Shown: positions 12,251 to 23,889 of the stretch, piece by piece
Layout of the letters: each line of letters starts with the position of its first letter
How positions within the stretch are numbered: the first letter of the stretch is position 1
Assembly (NCBI RefSeq): GCF_006345805.1
Contig: NC_042999.1
Coordinates: 108,624,001-108,688,000 of the forward strand
Reading direction: 5' to 3'
Source of the DNA: Octopus sinensis
Lineage: Eukaryota
DNA length: 64,000 nucleotides
Notes under the pieces: generated by a model
Databases searched by the model: none
Told to the model about the DNA's origin: nothing
What the model saw: only the letters and a program-made list of their open reading frames with translations
Program-made: the position numbers and the translations under genes

Positions 12251-15049
12251 AGTTGAGTGTGTGTGGGCACAAATGTATATAGCATATATACATACTTGTG
12301 TATGATATACATATATCATAAGATATAAGTATATATAATGTAATGTATATGTATATGATATGTATGTGTATATATGAAATGTATCAAGTGTATATTATGT
12401 TTATATATGATATACATATATTATATGATGATAATAATAAATATATATGATTTGTATTAAGGGTATATATGACATATCGTGTATATAAGATATATCTTGT
12501 GTATATATGATATATAGCATAGCCTGCTTGTTTCCTCCCATCATCCATGTAGCCAAACCAAACTAAGATCATCTGCTACTATACAATGATTATTGTTTTT
12601 TGTGTATTTGTTCTTCACTCACATCATTGGTCTCTCTCCTACATGTCTCTGTCATATCTATAAGGAAGCCTATTCTCTGCTTTCATTGCATTTCATAAAT
12701 TGTTGTTCTGTTATTCCTCTATAGACCAATGCCAGTTAATTAGGACTTTGTGAATCTAACTACAAACCTCTGTGTTTGACAAGTATTTTTTTTTTCTCAA
12801 TTGCATAAGAGATGGAAGATGCATAGCTGACAGAACTAAATACCACAAAATAATGTATATTTTGAAAATAACGAAATAGTCATACCTTCAGCATACCTGA
12901 TGCAAATATGACATTAACACTGCAAAACTATTAAAATGATTTAAGAGATGAAATCAAATTTCTGCATTCAATTGACAATTTCCAGGTAGTAGGTCTAATA
13001 AGCTGTCCATTTTTATACCACCAGCTGATTCTTGGGTACTTTTATCAAAGTTCACTCTGTTGTAAGTATTTGAGTCAAACCTTCACTTCTTGCCCATTTT
13101 TCGCCAGACATTAACTTGTAGATGCTCTGTTTGGACATTAACTACATGTATCTTACCAGTCTTGGAGAAGGGCCTCACAGACCTGTCTCTTCCACTTATG
13201 GCCAACTTATAATTTAAAACAAAAACAAAAAAATGCATTTAGTAATTTTAATAGTTTATATTTTTGTTAAATGTTTCAGTACCAATTTAAACTGTAATTG
13301 ATGTTTCTTGTCCCAGAATAATATTTTCAAAGTTATTAGGTTTATACAGTTAAAATTATCTTTCAAAACTATCAGTTTTACTTGTGCTTCTACCACTGTG
13401 GTCCATTTCACTCTTAAATTAAGTATTTTTTGTGATGTTTATATTTCATGATCACATCAGTTTAGTTTGTTTGGTTTGTTTCTTACAAAGAAAATAATTC
13501 CCAATATTTCAGTTGTAGTCTGTTCTTCACTATTCCCTTCCACTCTGTTGTACTATGTAACCTTTTTGTTACAATATTTATTTCAGCTGAAATGCACTGT
13601 CTTTGTATTAAATAATTTTGAATATTATGATGCATTAAGTAAAATAATATTTTCATTATTAAACTGGTGTTTGGAGCATGAATTAACAAAAAATTTTGAA
13701 GGAAAGTTTTAATTTAGATCCCTTAAACAGTTTGTATCATAGAAATAGGGACAGTCTCAAGCATGTTGGTATTAAAAGGGTTAAAGGGTTAATTGTGGTG
13801 ACTGGCACATCCTAATAACTTTACATTTTCTATGTTCAAATCACTCTAAAGCTAATAAAATAGAGACTAGTCGATTACTGCAGTTCATAAAAAGAATTAT
13901 GTTAGCTCTCAACAAAAGACATAAAAGTTTTCTTACATTATAATAATTTCTGACTCTGAATATAATAAATCTATTTTCTTAGAAGTTGAAGTGGTTTCAT
14001 TTTTGTTTATTTCCTCTTATAATTAGTTCTATTCAATAAATGAAAGAATATATTTAACAAAAATGAAATCTGAAAAATATGCTTTTTGTTGTATACTGAA
14101 GAATCAATTAATCTGTGTATATACAACATAATATAACTATATAACCAATTTACTTGTTTACTTTTATATAACCTGGACATAAATGGTGGTATTGTACTGT
14201 AATTGCTTGTATTGATGAGAAGTAGACACAATGTCAGTATATTGAGTTCAAAGTTCAAAGGCTTTACACTTGAAATTTTAACATATCATTATCCCTTCTG
14301 CTTAAAGTTGATGGATCTATTCATAAAAGATGTGGCACTTATAGAGTTTAACACAATCTACCATACTGCTATTCATTGGTTATTGTACCGATTTTTCTTT
14401 TATTGACTGAAAGAAATTTCTTCTTAAACGATTCTGTTGTATTTTTATAAGGGAACAAATAAAATCTAAGATAATGTGTAAAATTCAGTTGGTAGTATCT
14501 TTCTCTTTTGTAAATGTATTTCAAAGCTGAAAATTTTGGTTTGTCAAAGATCTAGCTCCAAGAATTCTACACTAGTTCATTTTGTTAGAATGTTATTGTT
14601 AGTTCATCTTGGTGAACTTTTGCTTCCACAATAGTGCACTGATATGAGCCCACTTTCATAATTACCCATTACACATCATATATATGTATTTTCTGTTCTT
14701 ATTTCCATGTTAAAATTTTTAAATCTGAAAAAGTAATTGAACAATGCCAGCTTGTCAAAACCTTTGAGAAATATTGATAAGAAATGACAGCAATAATATT
14801 CTATAAATATTTTTGAACTGAAAAAATTTATAAACATCTCTTTTCATAATATAAAAAAAACCCCACTGGACCATTCTTTATCCTTCATCAATATCTGTTG
14901 ACTTAACTCTATTCACCACACCTTACTAACATCTGAGATACAGATCTCCTACTATTTATCCTAAATCTATTTTCTTTCCAAGCTGCACACTGTATTCCAA
15001 TTTATATGTACATATCTGCAATTACATAGAATTCACTCTCTCTATTGCT

Positions 15050-16700
15050 CATCTCTGACACACACACAGATCAGCAACAAAAGCTTCCAATGTTTGCAGT
15101 TCAGTGTCTTTTCCTCAGTCCTCTGTGTTCACCTGCTGTCTCTACCACACTGACTCTCCAGACTCTACTAAGCTGCAGCTCATGGAGAATATTTCTCATT
15201 TCTCTAAAGTCATGGTTCTTTATTATTTCATGTCATACATTTCTGCTTAACTTGTCACACCCCTCAAACACTAATATATTGATGCTGCTAGCATATGAGT
15301 TGAATTGTGTGCCACTTTAAGCTGTTTGCCCCATTAGATATCTTTATTTATTTGTATCCTTTACAAATGCACCGATTCTACAACTGATACTTTTCCCTTT
15401 CATTATCACTGCCTCTTCCATCATTAGATCAAATGTTCACTACCTAATCAAAACAACTCAATATATTCCTACAGCACACATCCCTGACACCACTGATACT
15501 TCAAATCCAGCCAGTAATTAGGGCTTTGCTAGTTTTGTGGCTTACATTTAGCAGTATATTTGTTTCGTCTGTGAACTGGCCAAAACATTTAAGTGGGTGA
15601 CTGCCAGCAATTCTGCAAAATAACTCTCACAAAAGCTAAGAATGCTAAGTTTTCAAAATTTTTTCAGCTATGCCTTATTCAGCATAATTCCATTGGTAAC
15701 TTCCCTGGTAATGAAACCATTGCAGTAGCTAACTGTTTTGTGCATGCAACACACACACACTATAATACTCACTCTGAAACTGTTAGCCTGTCTTACTATA
15801 CACTCATTAAATGTAAAGAAAGCAAATGGACTTGACAGTATTTCTTCCATTTCCCTGAGACAGAGCACTTGATATCCAGTTCCTGTTTACCCCAAATTCT
15901 TTAATGGAGATCTGCTTCAATGCATGGTAATACACACAAGTGTATCCTATTCACAAGAACTGCAACATTTTTTACCCTCCCAGCAATTGACTTATCACTT
16001 TTTTTTTTCCTTCTGACATCTTAAAGTAAAGGTCATTAAGGGATCTTTTATATGGTCATTTCACCTGTTAAAGATAACAGTGAAAGCTTTATAAAAATCA
16101 TACTCTGCTATTTAAAAAAAGAATAATATACTCCTAGATACATTACAAGTAAAAAGAATGTGGTTTGTGACTGGAACCTATTTGGTCATGCACCAGATGA
16201 ATTAGGGCTGAGTTGAAGCTAAGTTAATGGAAATTAGCCTCAAAGCCTCACATTTATAACATTGTTAAAACAGGCTCAGAACTTAAATTATTTTTCAGAA
16301 GCAGAAAATACTTCAGCTCTGATCTATTACTGTTTACTGCATAACTCAAATGGTACTTTAATTGGAGTACTACTCACATATATGTGATTGTCCTGCAGAT
16401 AGAGACACAAAATGTCCATTTGGCTTGCTAACAAAACTTACTAAATTATTTCAACTAGTTTCCCATTTCTCTTTATCTTCTACCACTATTACATGTTCTG
16501 CTTTTTTAAACTATCAAGCTACACAACACCTCTACCCCAAGTACTCACCTCTCTTCCACTTGACATCTCTACTGAATGTAACACCTTGCTAAACCCTTCC
16601 TCTCCAGTACTGTTGCATCCTGGAATTCCCTTCCTATAGATATTAACCTACATAATTTCAAGCTGAACATCAAATACATTGACCCCAAGTGTCTGTGAAA
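15050..16700 (+). pseudogene. Heavily decayed CR1/Jockey-group LINE ORF2 remnants
   Basis: Near 15806, LNVKKANGLDSISSISL resembles the KAxGPDGI motif. Near 16362, EYYSHI resembles the (L/M)EYxSxVW motif. Many stops and indels. Confidence 0.5.
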
Positions 16701-18663
16701 GTAGGCAAAGGTCAGAGCTTTGCCATACTTCCTCCAACTAAATGATAATAAAATAAAGACTTGAGTTATAAATGTTTGGTAAGCTCTTGTAACAAATCCT
16801 TTTCATACTTTGTTTGAAAGTGCTCTATAGTTTAATCCAAATGGCAAATAAATTAAAACATTGCTTAATTATTATTATAAATTGTGTGTACTTAAGCTAT
16901 TAAGCAAGTTATAATCATCTTATAATGTCAGTTTTGTTTTTTCTTCTTCAAGTAACAAGAATCTCATTTGAAATTTTGTTAGGTTATCTAGTACTGTATG
17001 AATAGTAGCATTCATTTTAGAAACTAGATTCCTTTGAAATGTATCTAATAAAAATAAATATATTATTTATATCCTTAAAATTTGAGCACACAGATATAAA
17101 AAAGAAATAGAATAGTTATATTAAATCTGTGTTAATTATGCAAATTATAATGTATTTCATTTTAGTTGCTTTATTTTATATCATTGTGATGTCCTTTGTC
17201 TATAAAATAATAAAACTTGTTGCTAAAAACTACCTCATGATTTAGTTAACAGGGAGAGATGGAATTTTGCATTAACTATCACTTCATGCCTGTCGATTGA
17301 AAAAAATTAGTTGTTAATAAATTCTATTACAGATTAATTCACTGGATGTCTTGCAGTGGTGAATTGTGGTAAACAAATTAGAGTTATCATTGCTTGAGGA
17401 AATTTTTACTAAGAAATATGGATATACATTAAGTAAACTATCTATATAAAATCATATAAATAGATATATCTATGCATTATCTGCTTTGTTTTTGATCTTT
17501 TAGAATTTTTTTTCATGACAGCTAATATTGATATTATCATAGGCATAGTACTGTAAATTATTCTCTTTTCAATTAATGTTTCATTTATAAGGGAAATGTA
17601 ATGTTTATATATCCTTGATGTAAATTTAGAAGCAAAATACAAAATAAGTAAAAGAAATAGAAAAAAAACTTAAATATAAATAGAAAGTGTTCTCAGGGAA
17701 CCAGCTGGTTTATTATTAATTTTTTTTTACAAGAAATATGAATAGTGTTTTGAGAAATATTATTATTTACTTAACATATATTTTGTTACAGCTGAAGGAA
17801 AAGAATTTTATTTTCATATTGTGTGTATTTATAGACATATAAAGAATTATTCCTTTTTCTATATGCTATCATTTTTGTAAGTTTAAATTATATATTCTGA
17901 AATAACAAACTATAAAGAATATTCTGTTATCATCATCATCAAAGTTTTCACAATCTATTCCCCATGTTTTTATGAGTTGGACACAACAGGGTGTTTCATT
18001 TTAGATCTATACACTTTGATGTAATTTCTATTGGAAGTTAGGAAAATACATCACTGTTATCTCACAAGCAGTGCCTAGTCCATTTATTTCATTTATTTCA
18101 TCACTGCTGTAATTCATATATATTCACTCTATGATATAATTTGTGAAAAAAAAAACTGATAAAATAAAATAATAAAAGGGAACAATTCCTTGTATATTAT
18201 ACTTCTTGAATGATACTTGAAAAATTACAAAATATAACAGATTTCCAGGAATTTACATGTTTCATTTCCTTCTTGGACTGCAAATTGGAATTTATATTGA
18301 AATTTAATACAAAGAATGTGTTCAGTCTTGCTGAAATATTGAAAGGATCTAATGCATCAATGGCTTTACAGATATTATAAAATGATTATAACCTTTCCCA
18401 GTAAAGATTTAGAATGGTGGAACTAACTTCTTTATGTAATTAAGGTTTATTTAAGCAAATCAATAAAACATGGATATTCTAATCTATCACTAGAAGAATT
18501 GCAAATTAAAATTAAATGGCATAGATATACATGTATACAAATTACAAGGATATATACATGTATATTGATATATGTGATAATGATTGTGTTTAAATTTTTT
18601 TTTTTTTTGCTACTTGTTAGTTCTGGGTTTGATCCTGCTGAATGTTATCTACCATAATCTCAG

Positions 18664-19021
18664 GTTGTGGCATTTCATTGGTTACGACGACGAGGGTTCC
18701 AGTTGATCTGATCAACGGAACAGCCTGCTCATGAAATTAACGTGCAAATGGCTGAGCACTCCACAGACATGTGTACCCTTAATGTAGTTCTTGGGGAGAT
18801 TCAGCATGACACAGAGTGTGACAAGGCTGGCCCTTTGAAACAGGAAGAAAGAGTGATAGAAAGTTGTGGTGAAAGAGGTTTGCCACCACCTCTTGCTGAA
18901 GCCTCATGGAGCTTTAGATGTTTTTGCTCAATAAACACTCACATTGCCTGGTTTGGGAATCGAAACCGCAATCCTATGACTCTAAGTCCGCTGCCCTAAC
19001 CACTAGGCTATTGCGACTCCA
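18664..19021 (-). mobile_element. tRNA-derived SINE (family 3)
   Basis: The reverse complement begins gtggagtcgcaatagcctagtggttagggc...ggtttcgattccc (boxes A and B). Tail ctggaaccctcgtcgtcgtaacc is shared with 36655-36790 and 60465. Confidence 0.85.
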
Positions 19022-19344
19022 CATAACCTCAGGTACATCAATACTATATGAGTAGAATTTGACAGAAGCAATGCAGAAACCCATTGTGTGTGTGTGTGTA
19101 GGTATTAACAATTGTGGAGGAGGAAGGCAGAGCATTAGGTACTATTGTAGAGTTGGATAAGATATTTCTGATCTCTTAGTTTGTTGCATAAGTTCATTTA
19201 ACTTGCAGTCAAACAAGAGAAAACTAGGTCCTAACTATCTGAAGATCTAACTTTACAGAAATAACAAGTTACTAGGCAACTAAATCAGCCAATACACACG
19301 TACACATATATATATATATATATGTACACACACACACACAAACA

Positions 19345-19402
19345 TATTATCATTATCATCATGCTATGTCCACTTTCCATGCTGATATGGGTTGGACTGG
19401 TT
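19345..19402 (-). mobile_element. RTE 3' tip, decayed
   Basis: tccactttccatgctgatatgggttgg is the reverse complement of the RTE terminus, next to (CAT)n. Confidence 0.6.
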
Positions 19403-20124
19403 GCTATAATCACCAGTAATGAAAACAGGTGGTTGCTTCTCTAGGAGTAGTTTTGTGAATCTCAAAAGAACTGTATCTTGATTATAGTAGTTAAGAGGTA
19501 GTAAATAAGAAGCTTACAGAAGTGCTGCAGACAAATAACACTTCAAATCACCACCAGGAATCGCTGAAAGCTTGAGCAAGTATGGACCATCATACTATAC
19601 CTGCAGTAATTGAAGTGGTCTTTGTAAAACTAGTTGAAGTCAATCATACAAAAACTTCATCACAAAGTAAAGAATGTGCCTATGATTCTATGACTGCAAT
19701 GAAATTGAGGTCAGCACTTTTAAAGCAGGAGTTATATATAAGTGTGTGTGTGTGTGTGTATGCATGTGCCTCTCTGTGTGTCTGCATGTATCTATGTGTG
19801 TGTTAATGTGTGTGTGTACATACATAGATATCATCATAATCCTCATCATGATACATATATAATCATAAAAAGTTTATATAACTGAAAAAGAAACACTTTA
19901 AAACATAAGAGCAGTAATGTATTTAGGAGATAGTTTGTTATGGGTGGTTATGTGCTTCCAGCCATTTGAGTATGACAAGTCGCCTATACAGCTAAGCACA
20001 TTATAAGTGCAAAACCAATGGTCACCCTTTAGCTGGGCATAACAACCTTGTTATGTATATATGTATACATATGCAAGGTTGTATGTATACATATACAGTC
20101 GCCATGATATATCGGTAGCCACTA

Positions 20125-20295
20125 CACACATTTTATTTCTCTCCTTGTTTCTCCCCTTGTTTTTTTCTGTGTCCCTTTCTGCAGAAAAGCGTAGGCTCAA
20201 AACATAAAAGACTTTTTCAATTCCTGAGCATTATTCTAATGCATCTGTTTGTTTTGTAAACCACCTGTCTTCGTCTTTTATTTTTTCATGAACTC
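20125..20295 (+). mobile_element. Short repeat carrying a decayed hammerhead-like motif (Penelope pLTR-like)
   Basis: cttt-ctgcaga-aaagc-gtag-gctc-aaaac-ata-aaag at 20175-20210. It has hammerhead topology with core mismatches. Confidence 0.45.
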
Positions 20296-20302
20296 TCCCT
20301 AT

Positions 20303-20352
<50 letters not shown>

Positions 20353-20431
20353 TATATGATTGTGCTTGTGTATGTATATTTACGCATATGAATGCATGTG
20401 TATGTAAATGTGTATATTTATGTATAGGTGC

Positions 20432-20722
20432 AGGTATAGCTGTGTGGATAAGAAGTTCATTTTACAACCATATAGTTTCAGGTTCAGTCAACCTCTGCAA
20501 TACTTAAGGTTTCTAAGTGTCTTCTTCTGTAGACCTGGGCTGACCAATGACTTGTGTGTGAATTTGGCATTTGGAAGCTGTACAGACACACCTTGTATAT
20601 ATGTATGTGTTCAAGTTTCTGCTTTGCATAGAAAGGAGAGCAATACTGGAGTCAACTTAATCACCTAAAACACTCGTCAGTCCACCGATCCAGTAACTGA
20701 AACAAGTAAAAGGATAAAAGAA
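20432..20722 (+). mobile_element. Decayed SINE family 1
   Basis: Head gctgtgtggataagaag...ggttcagtc; tail ctgaaacaagtaaaag. Confidence 0.6.
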
Positions 20723-20728
20723 TGTGTA

Positions 20729-20790
<62 letters not shown>

Positions 20791-20803
<13 letters not shown>

Positions 20804-21135
20804 TTAGAGACAAAACCACTATTATGCAAATCAAACAAAGAAAGACTTAATCCAATACATAAAAAATTTTATATAATTAAATAAAATTAAGTTATCCACT
20901 ACAATTGTTTCTTGTCACTGCTAAGGACATTCATCAGGTGGTTTTCAGACCTTCTATTCAATTTTAAATTATGAAGTAATTTAAATTTTTTATGTATTGG
21001 ATTAATTCTTTCTTTGTTTGATTTGCATAATAGTGGTTTTGTCTCTAATTAATATTATATAATATTTTACTATAAAATTGGATTCAATCCTAAATCTGAT
21101 TTTTCCCTGTAAATTTGGATTTATTCCCTAATATT

Positions 21136-21140
<5 letters not shown>
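20791..21140 (-). mobile_element. Foldback element, probably a Penelope-like terminal-repeat remnant, in (TA)n
   Basis: 79-bp inverted arms at 20791-20869 and 20983-21061 (one mismatch); the spacer contains a hammerhead. Confidence 0.7.
20896..20941 (-). ncRNA. Minimal type-I hammerhead ribozyme
   Basis: Minus strand CCAC-CUGAUGA-A-UGUC-CUUAGCAGU-GACA-A-GAAAC-AAUU-GUA-GUGG. Stem I CCAC/GUGG, intact CUGAUGA and GAAA cores, stem II UGUC/GACA, palindromic stem III ACAAUUGU, GUA cleavage triplet. Confidence 0.85.
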
Positions 21141-21185
<45 letters not shown>

Positions 21186-21190
21186 TATAT

Positions 21191-23889
21191 CCCTCAGCAT
21201 AGACTAATCATCAGTGACTTTAAGCTTGAGGCCAGAAGGACTCCAAGAAACAAACCAATCCAGAAAAGAAGGATTTGGAGGCTAAAGAACCCTTCACATG
21301 GTCAGAAATTTAGGGACATACTCATCAAGAAATTTGATGAGAGGGAGGAGGAGCTTCAGACGTCAGACATAGAAGGTAGCTGGGAATTCCTACGGGACAG
21401 CTTGTTGAGTGCCACAGACCAAGTCTGTGGATGGTGCAAAGTCCCTTCCAGACCTAGAATTACGTGGTGGTGGAATAGTGCAGTAGATAAAGCCATCTGT
21501 GAAAAGAGACGGGCCTGGAAAGCCTGGAAGGATGGGGGCAGCAGGGAACTGTACCAGATAGCCAAAAGGGAGGCTGGGCGGCAGGTCTACATTGCCAAAG
21601 ATGTAGCAGAAAAGAAGACGTTTGCCAATGTCCAGCGTCGCGAGGATCAAAGAGCTGAAGTATTTCGGATTGCCAGACAGTGTGTCAGAGAAAATAGCGA
21701 TGTTATAGGAGAGAAATGTGTCCGCATGGATGATGGGGCACTTGCTTTTACTACTAGTGAAAAGAAAGAGGCTTGGAGAAGCCATTATGAAAGACTGCTG
21801 AATGAGGAGAATGAATGGGAGGAGGAGAGCCTGCCAAATGTTGACCCAGTAGAGGGACCAGCTACCCGAATAGACAGCTCCCTTGTAGATAAGGCAATTA
21901 AGGATATGAAACCAGGCAAAGCCCCTGGCCTATCAGGAATCACTGCTGAGATGCTTAAAACAGCTGGCTATGTGGGCTATGCCATAGTCACCCGCATTGT
22001 AAACCAGGTAGTTCACAATGGAGTCATACCCAATGACTGGTGCAGCAGCACCATAGTCAACTGCTACAAGGGTAAGGGTGATGCTCTAGATAGAAATAAC
22101 TACAGAGGCATCAAACTGTTGGACCAGGTGATGAAGGTCTCAGAGAAGGTCATAACCAATCTCATTAGGGAGAGAATTTGTTTAGATGAAATGCAGTTCG
22201 GTTTTGTACCAGGTAGAAGCACCACTGATGCTATATTCCTGGTCCGACAACTGCAGGAGAAGTACCTAGCTAAAGATAAACCCCTCTACATAGCTTTTGT
22301 AGACTTGGAGAAAGCCTTTGACAGGGTTCCCCGTTCCCTTATCTGGTGGTCGATGCGGAAACTGGAGATTGAAGAATGGCTAATAAGGGCTGTACAGGCT
22401 CTATACAGAGAGGCTGTCAGCAAGGTTAGGATTGGCAACGAATATAGTGAAGAATTCCGGGTAGAAGTAGGTGTGCACCAGGGCTCAGCCCTCAGTCCCC
22501 TTTTATTCATCATAGTCCTTCAGGCAATAACAGAGGAATTCAAAACGGGATGCCCCTGGGAGCTCCTCTATGCCGATGACCTAGCTCTCATAGCAGAATC
22601 ACTACCGGAACTAGAAGAGAAATTTCGGGTGTGGAAGCAAGGGTTGGAATCAAAGGGCCTTAGAATAAATGTAGCAAAGACCAAAGTATTAGTAAGCAAC
22701 AAGAGGTACTCAGCACACATCCCCTCGGGTAGGTGGCCCTGCTCAACCTGTAGGAAAGGTACAGGTAGAAACTCCATAAGATGCACCCAATGTAAGTTAT
22801 GGACACATAAAAGGTGCAGCAACATTAAAGGGAAATTAACAGATAAGATAGCTTTCATGTGCGGCAGATGCACAGGGACAATAGACACAACAGACACTCA
22901 GAAAACAGATTCCATCACACTCCAGGGAGAGAAACTAGAAGTAGTTGATAGTTTCCGCTACCTGGGTGACCAAGTTAGTAGCGGAGGTGGATGCACAGAG
23001 AGTATCACCACTAGAATACGAATAGCCTGGGCAAAGTTCAGAAAGCTCCTACCCCTACTGGCAACAAAAGGTCTCTCCCTCAGAGCAAAAGGTAGATTGT
23101 ATGATGCATGTGTGCGAACTGCCATGCTTCACGGTAATGAAACATGGGCTGTGACTGCAGAAGACATGCGTAGACTTGAAAGAAATGAAGCTAGCATGAT
23201 CCGCTGGATGTGTAGTGTCAGTGTGCACGCAAAACAGAGTGTAAGTATCCTGAGAGAAATGCTGGATATAAGAAGCATCAGATGTGGTGTGCAAGAGCGA
23301 CGCTTGCGATGGTATGGTCATGTGCTGCGGATGGATGAAGAGAGATGTGTGAAGAAGTGCCACTCCCAAACAGTTGAAGGTATCAGGGGGAGAGGTAGAC
23401 CCAGGAAGACATGGGATGAGGTGGTCAAGCATGACCTCAGAACATTGGGCCTCACTGAGGCAATGGCGAAGGACCGAGATCTCTGGAGATATGCTGTGAC
23501 TACAAAGACCCGGGCTGCTTTCTGCAGCAATTCCACATACCCCCTACCCATTCTAAGTACCCCGGATCCCCAAAGTACCCTGGATCCCCAAAGTACCCCG
23601 ATCCCCAAAGTACCCCGGACCTCGTTGCCCCCGTGCCGCTGACACGTTAAAATGCTCGAACCGATCGTGACGATGCCGGACCCTCCGGCCCCTGTGCAGG
23701 TGGCACGTAAAAAGCACCCAATCCACTCACGGAGTGGTTGGCGTTAGGAAGGGCATCCAGCCGTAGAAACTCTGCCAGATTCAGACTGGAGCCTGGAGCG
23801 GCCCCTGGCTTCCCAGACCCGGTCGAACCGTCCAACCCGTGCTAGCGCGGAAAGCGGACGTTAAACGATGATGATGATGATGATGATGA

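Noticed and set aside
13030-13215. 50-codon minus frame LAISGRDRSV...ILTTE with splice-like sites
   Set aside because: Short, with conflicting donors on both strands and no recognisable homology.
19238-19280. CUGAAGA...GAAA spacing
   Set aside because: Stem II does not pair, and there is no U at 16.1 and no stem I.
21356-23835. Minus-strand ORFs overlapping the RTE
   Set aside because: Antisense shadows of the RT ORF with no independent motifs.
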